Translations under genes and position numbers: made by a program
Notes under the pieces: model-generated
What the model saw: only the letters and a program-made list of their open reading frames with translations
Databases searched by the model: none
Told to the model about the DNA's origin: nothing
Part shown: piece after piece, positions 58,271 through 64,000 of the stretch
How the letters are laid out: each line of letters opens with the position of its first letter
Numbering within the stretch: the stretch's first letter is position 1
From: the human T2T-CHM13v2.0 reference genome, Homo sapiens
Reading direction: 5' to 3' (one strand)
DNA length: 64,000 nucleotides
Assembly (NCBI RefSeq): GCF_009914755.1
Contig: NC_060931.1

Positions 58271-58894
58271 CACTGCTCTGCAGACTCAGGAAGCAGAGAG
58301 TGAGCCTGGTACCACCACCTTGCTGTCAACAGCATTCCTGTTCTCAGCCCTCATCCAGTCACTTACGACCTCCTTCCAACCCTCGCTGCTCTTTCCAGAA
58401 GGGCTGTGACCTTCCAGCCCCTGCCCCAAGTCCTCAGGGAGGCATCATTGTCTGCTAAACTAAGTACTGCACGCTTGAGCTGGGCGCACAGAGCCCTTGC
58501 TAAAGGGGCCTCAACCTCGAGCTTTCTCTGCCATATCTTCTCTGCTAAACAACAACAAACAAAACGAACAAAAACCCTGCATCCCACACTAAACCCGCGT
58601 TCTTCTGGAAGCCCCTTGCGCCTTCCCTGTCTTGATCCGTTTTCTTTGAGGCTTGGATCAGAAGGACCCTGCCTCCTGCTTCCCCATCGCTCCTTCAGCG
58701 CCCACAGCCCTTTGCACCTCACCTCTGGTGCTTTGCCTGTTTTTCCTTGGAAAGCCTTATTCCTCATTAGACTCTAGTGTAGAAATCATTAAGTTTCTGT
58801 GTTCTTTCCAGTTTGTTTCGTGTAAAAGGATTAAGTAAAAATTTCTTGGTTTGAGAGTCATTCCATGAGCTATTAAAGGTAAAGAGCTATTACC

Positions 58895-60839
<1,945 letters not shown>

Positions 60840-61154
60840 TGTCAAGGAGGTTTTTCTAAAGAGGTGATATTTGAGCAGAGGCTAGCGTAAAGAGAAGCAA
60901 CGAATTCTGCCCCTTCAATTAGAAGGTCTGCAGGAAGAGCAAGCATTGCCCAGGGAGAAGCTCGGAGTGTTGGGAACTAGAAGAAAGTCCAGTGTGGCTG
61001 GAGTCAAGTGGTTTTCCTTAAGGAGTTTGGAGGGTTTTAAGTTGGGAGCTGCATGTTCTGAGACCAGGAAAAGCCAAGAGCCACAAAGTTGTATTGAACC
61101 AATCCAAGGAATGGATGGGCCCAGAAACAAAACCTTTATTATTCCCATGTAATA

Positions 61155-63830
<2,676 letters not shown>

Positions 63831-64000
63831 TTTCCATGTGAATTTTGGAATCTTCTACAAAAAGATGAGAACTTTGAAAACAGTGTCAAACCTTTATCTC
63901 CCATCCTTTGTGTTTCCATATGAATTTTAGAATCAGTTTGCCAATTTTTTACAATAAGATGAGAACTTCAAATAAAAATGTCAGACTTTTATGTGAATTT

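Noticed and set aside
57219-58777. Dense ORFs on both strands in the CpG island
   Set aside because: Expected from high GC content; Arg/Gly/Pro-rich with no recognisable domains.

Overview
Primate, almost certainly human, genomic DNA (it carries an AluYa5 and an SVA). The window holds the 3' part of STRIP2/FAM40B on the + strand: 18 coding exons from 6577 to 40901, all GT-AG, joining in one frame (2231 nt) and ending ...WEELLQNH*, followed by its 3' UTR. At about 57.3-58.3 kb is a CpG-island promoter with an ATG-only first coding exon, which I assign to SMKR1 mainly from recalled synteny. The rest is repeat-dense: a defective antisense HERV-L with a truncated MLT2A LTR, an antisense SVA, an SNRPG retrocopy with an intact ORF, a U1 snRNA retrocopy, about 35 Alus, and L1/L2/MIR/DNA-transposon fossils. 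Most ORFs in the track are repeat-derived or spurious. I found no evidence of a new multi-gene system. The best unexplained signals are structural: an SVA carrying a second, diverged SVA 3' end inside one TSD; two short local duplications that copy an Alu/flank junction; and an intronic-polyA short isoform of STRIP2 upstream of a sense U1 copy. Repeat boundaries and subfamily names were judged by eye and are approximate. Exon numbers and reference protein comparisons come from memory.
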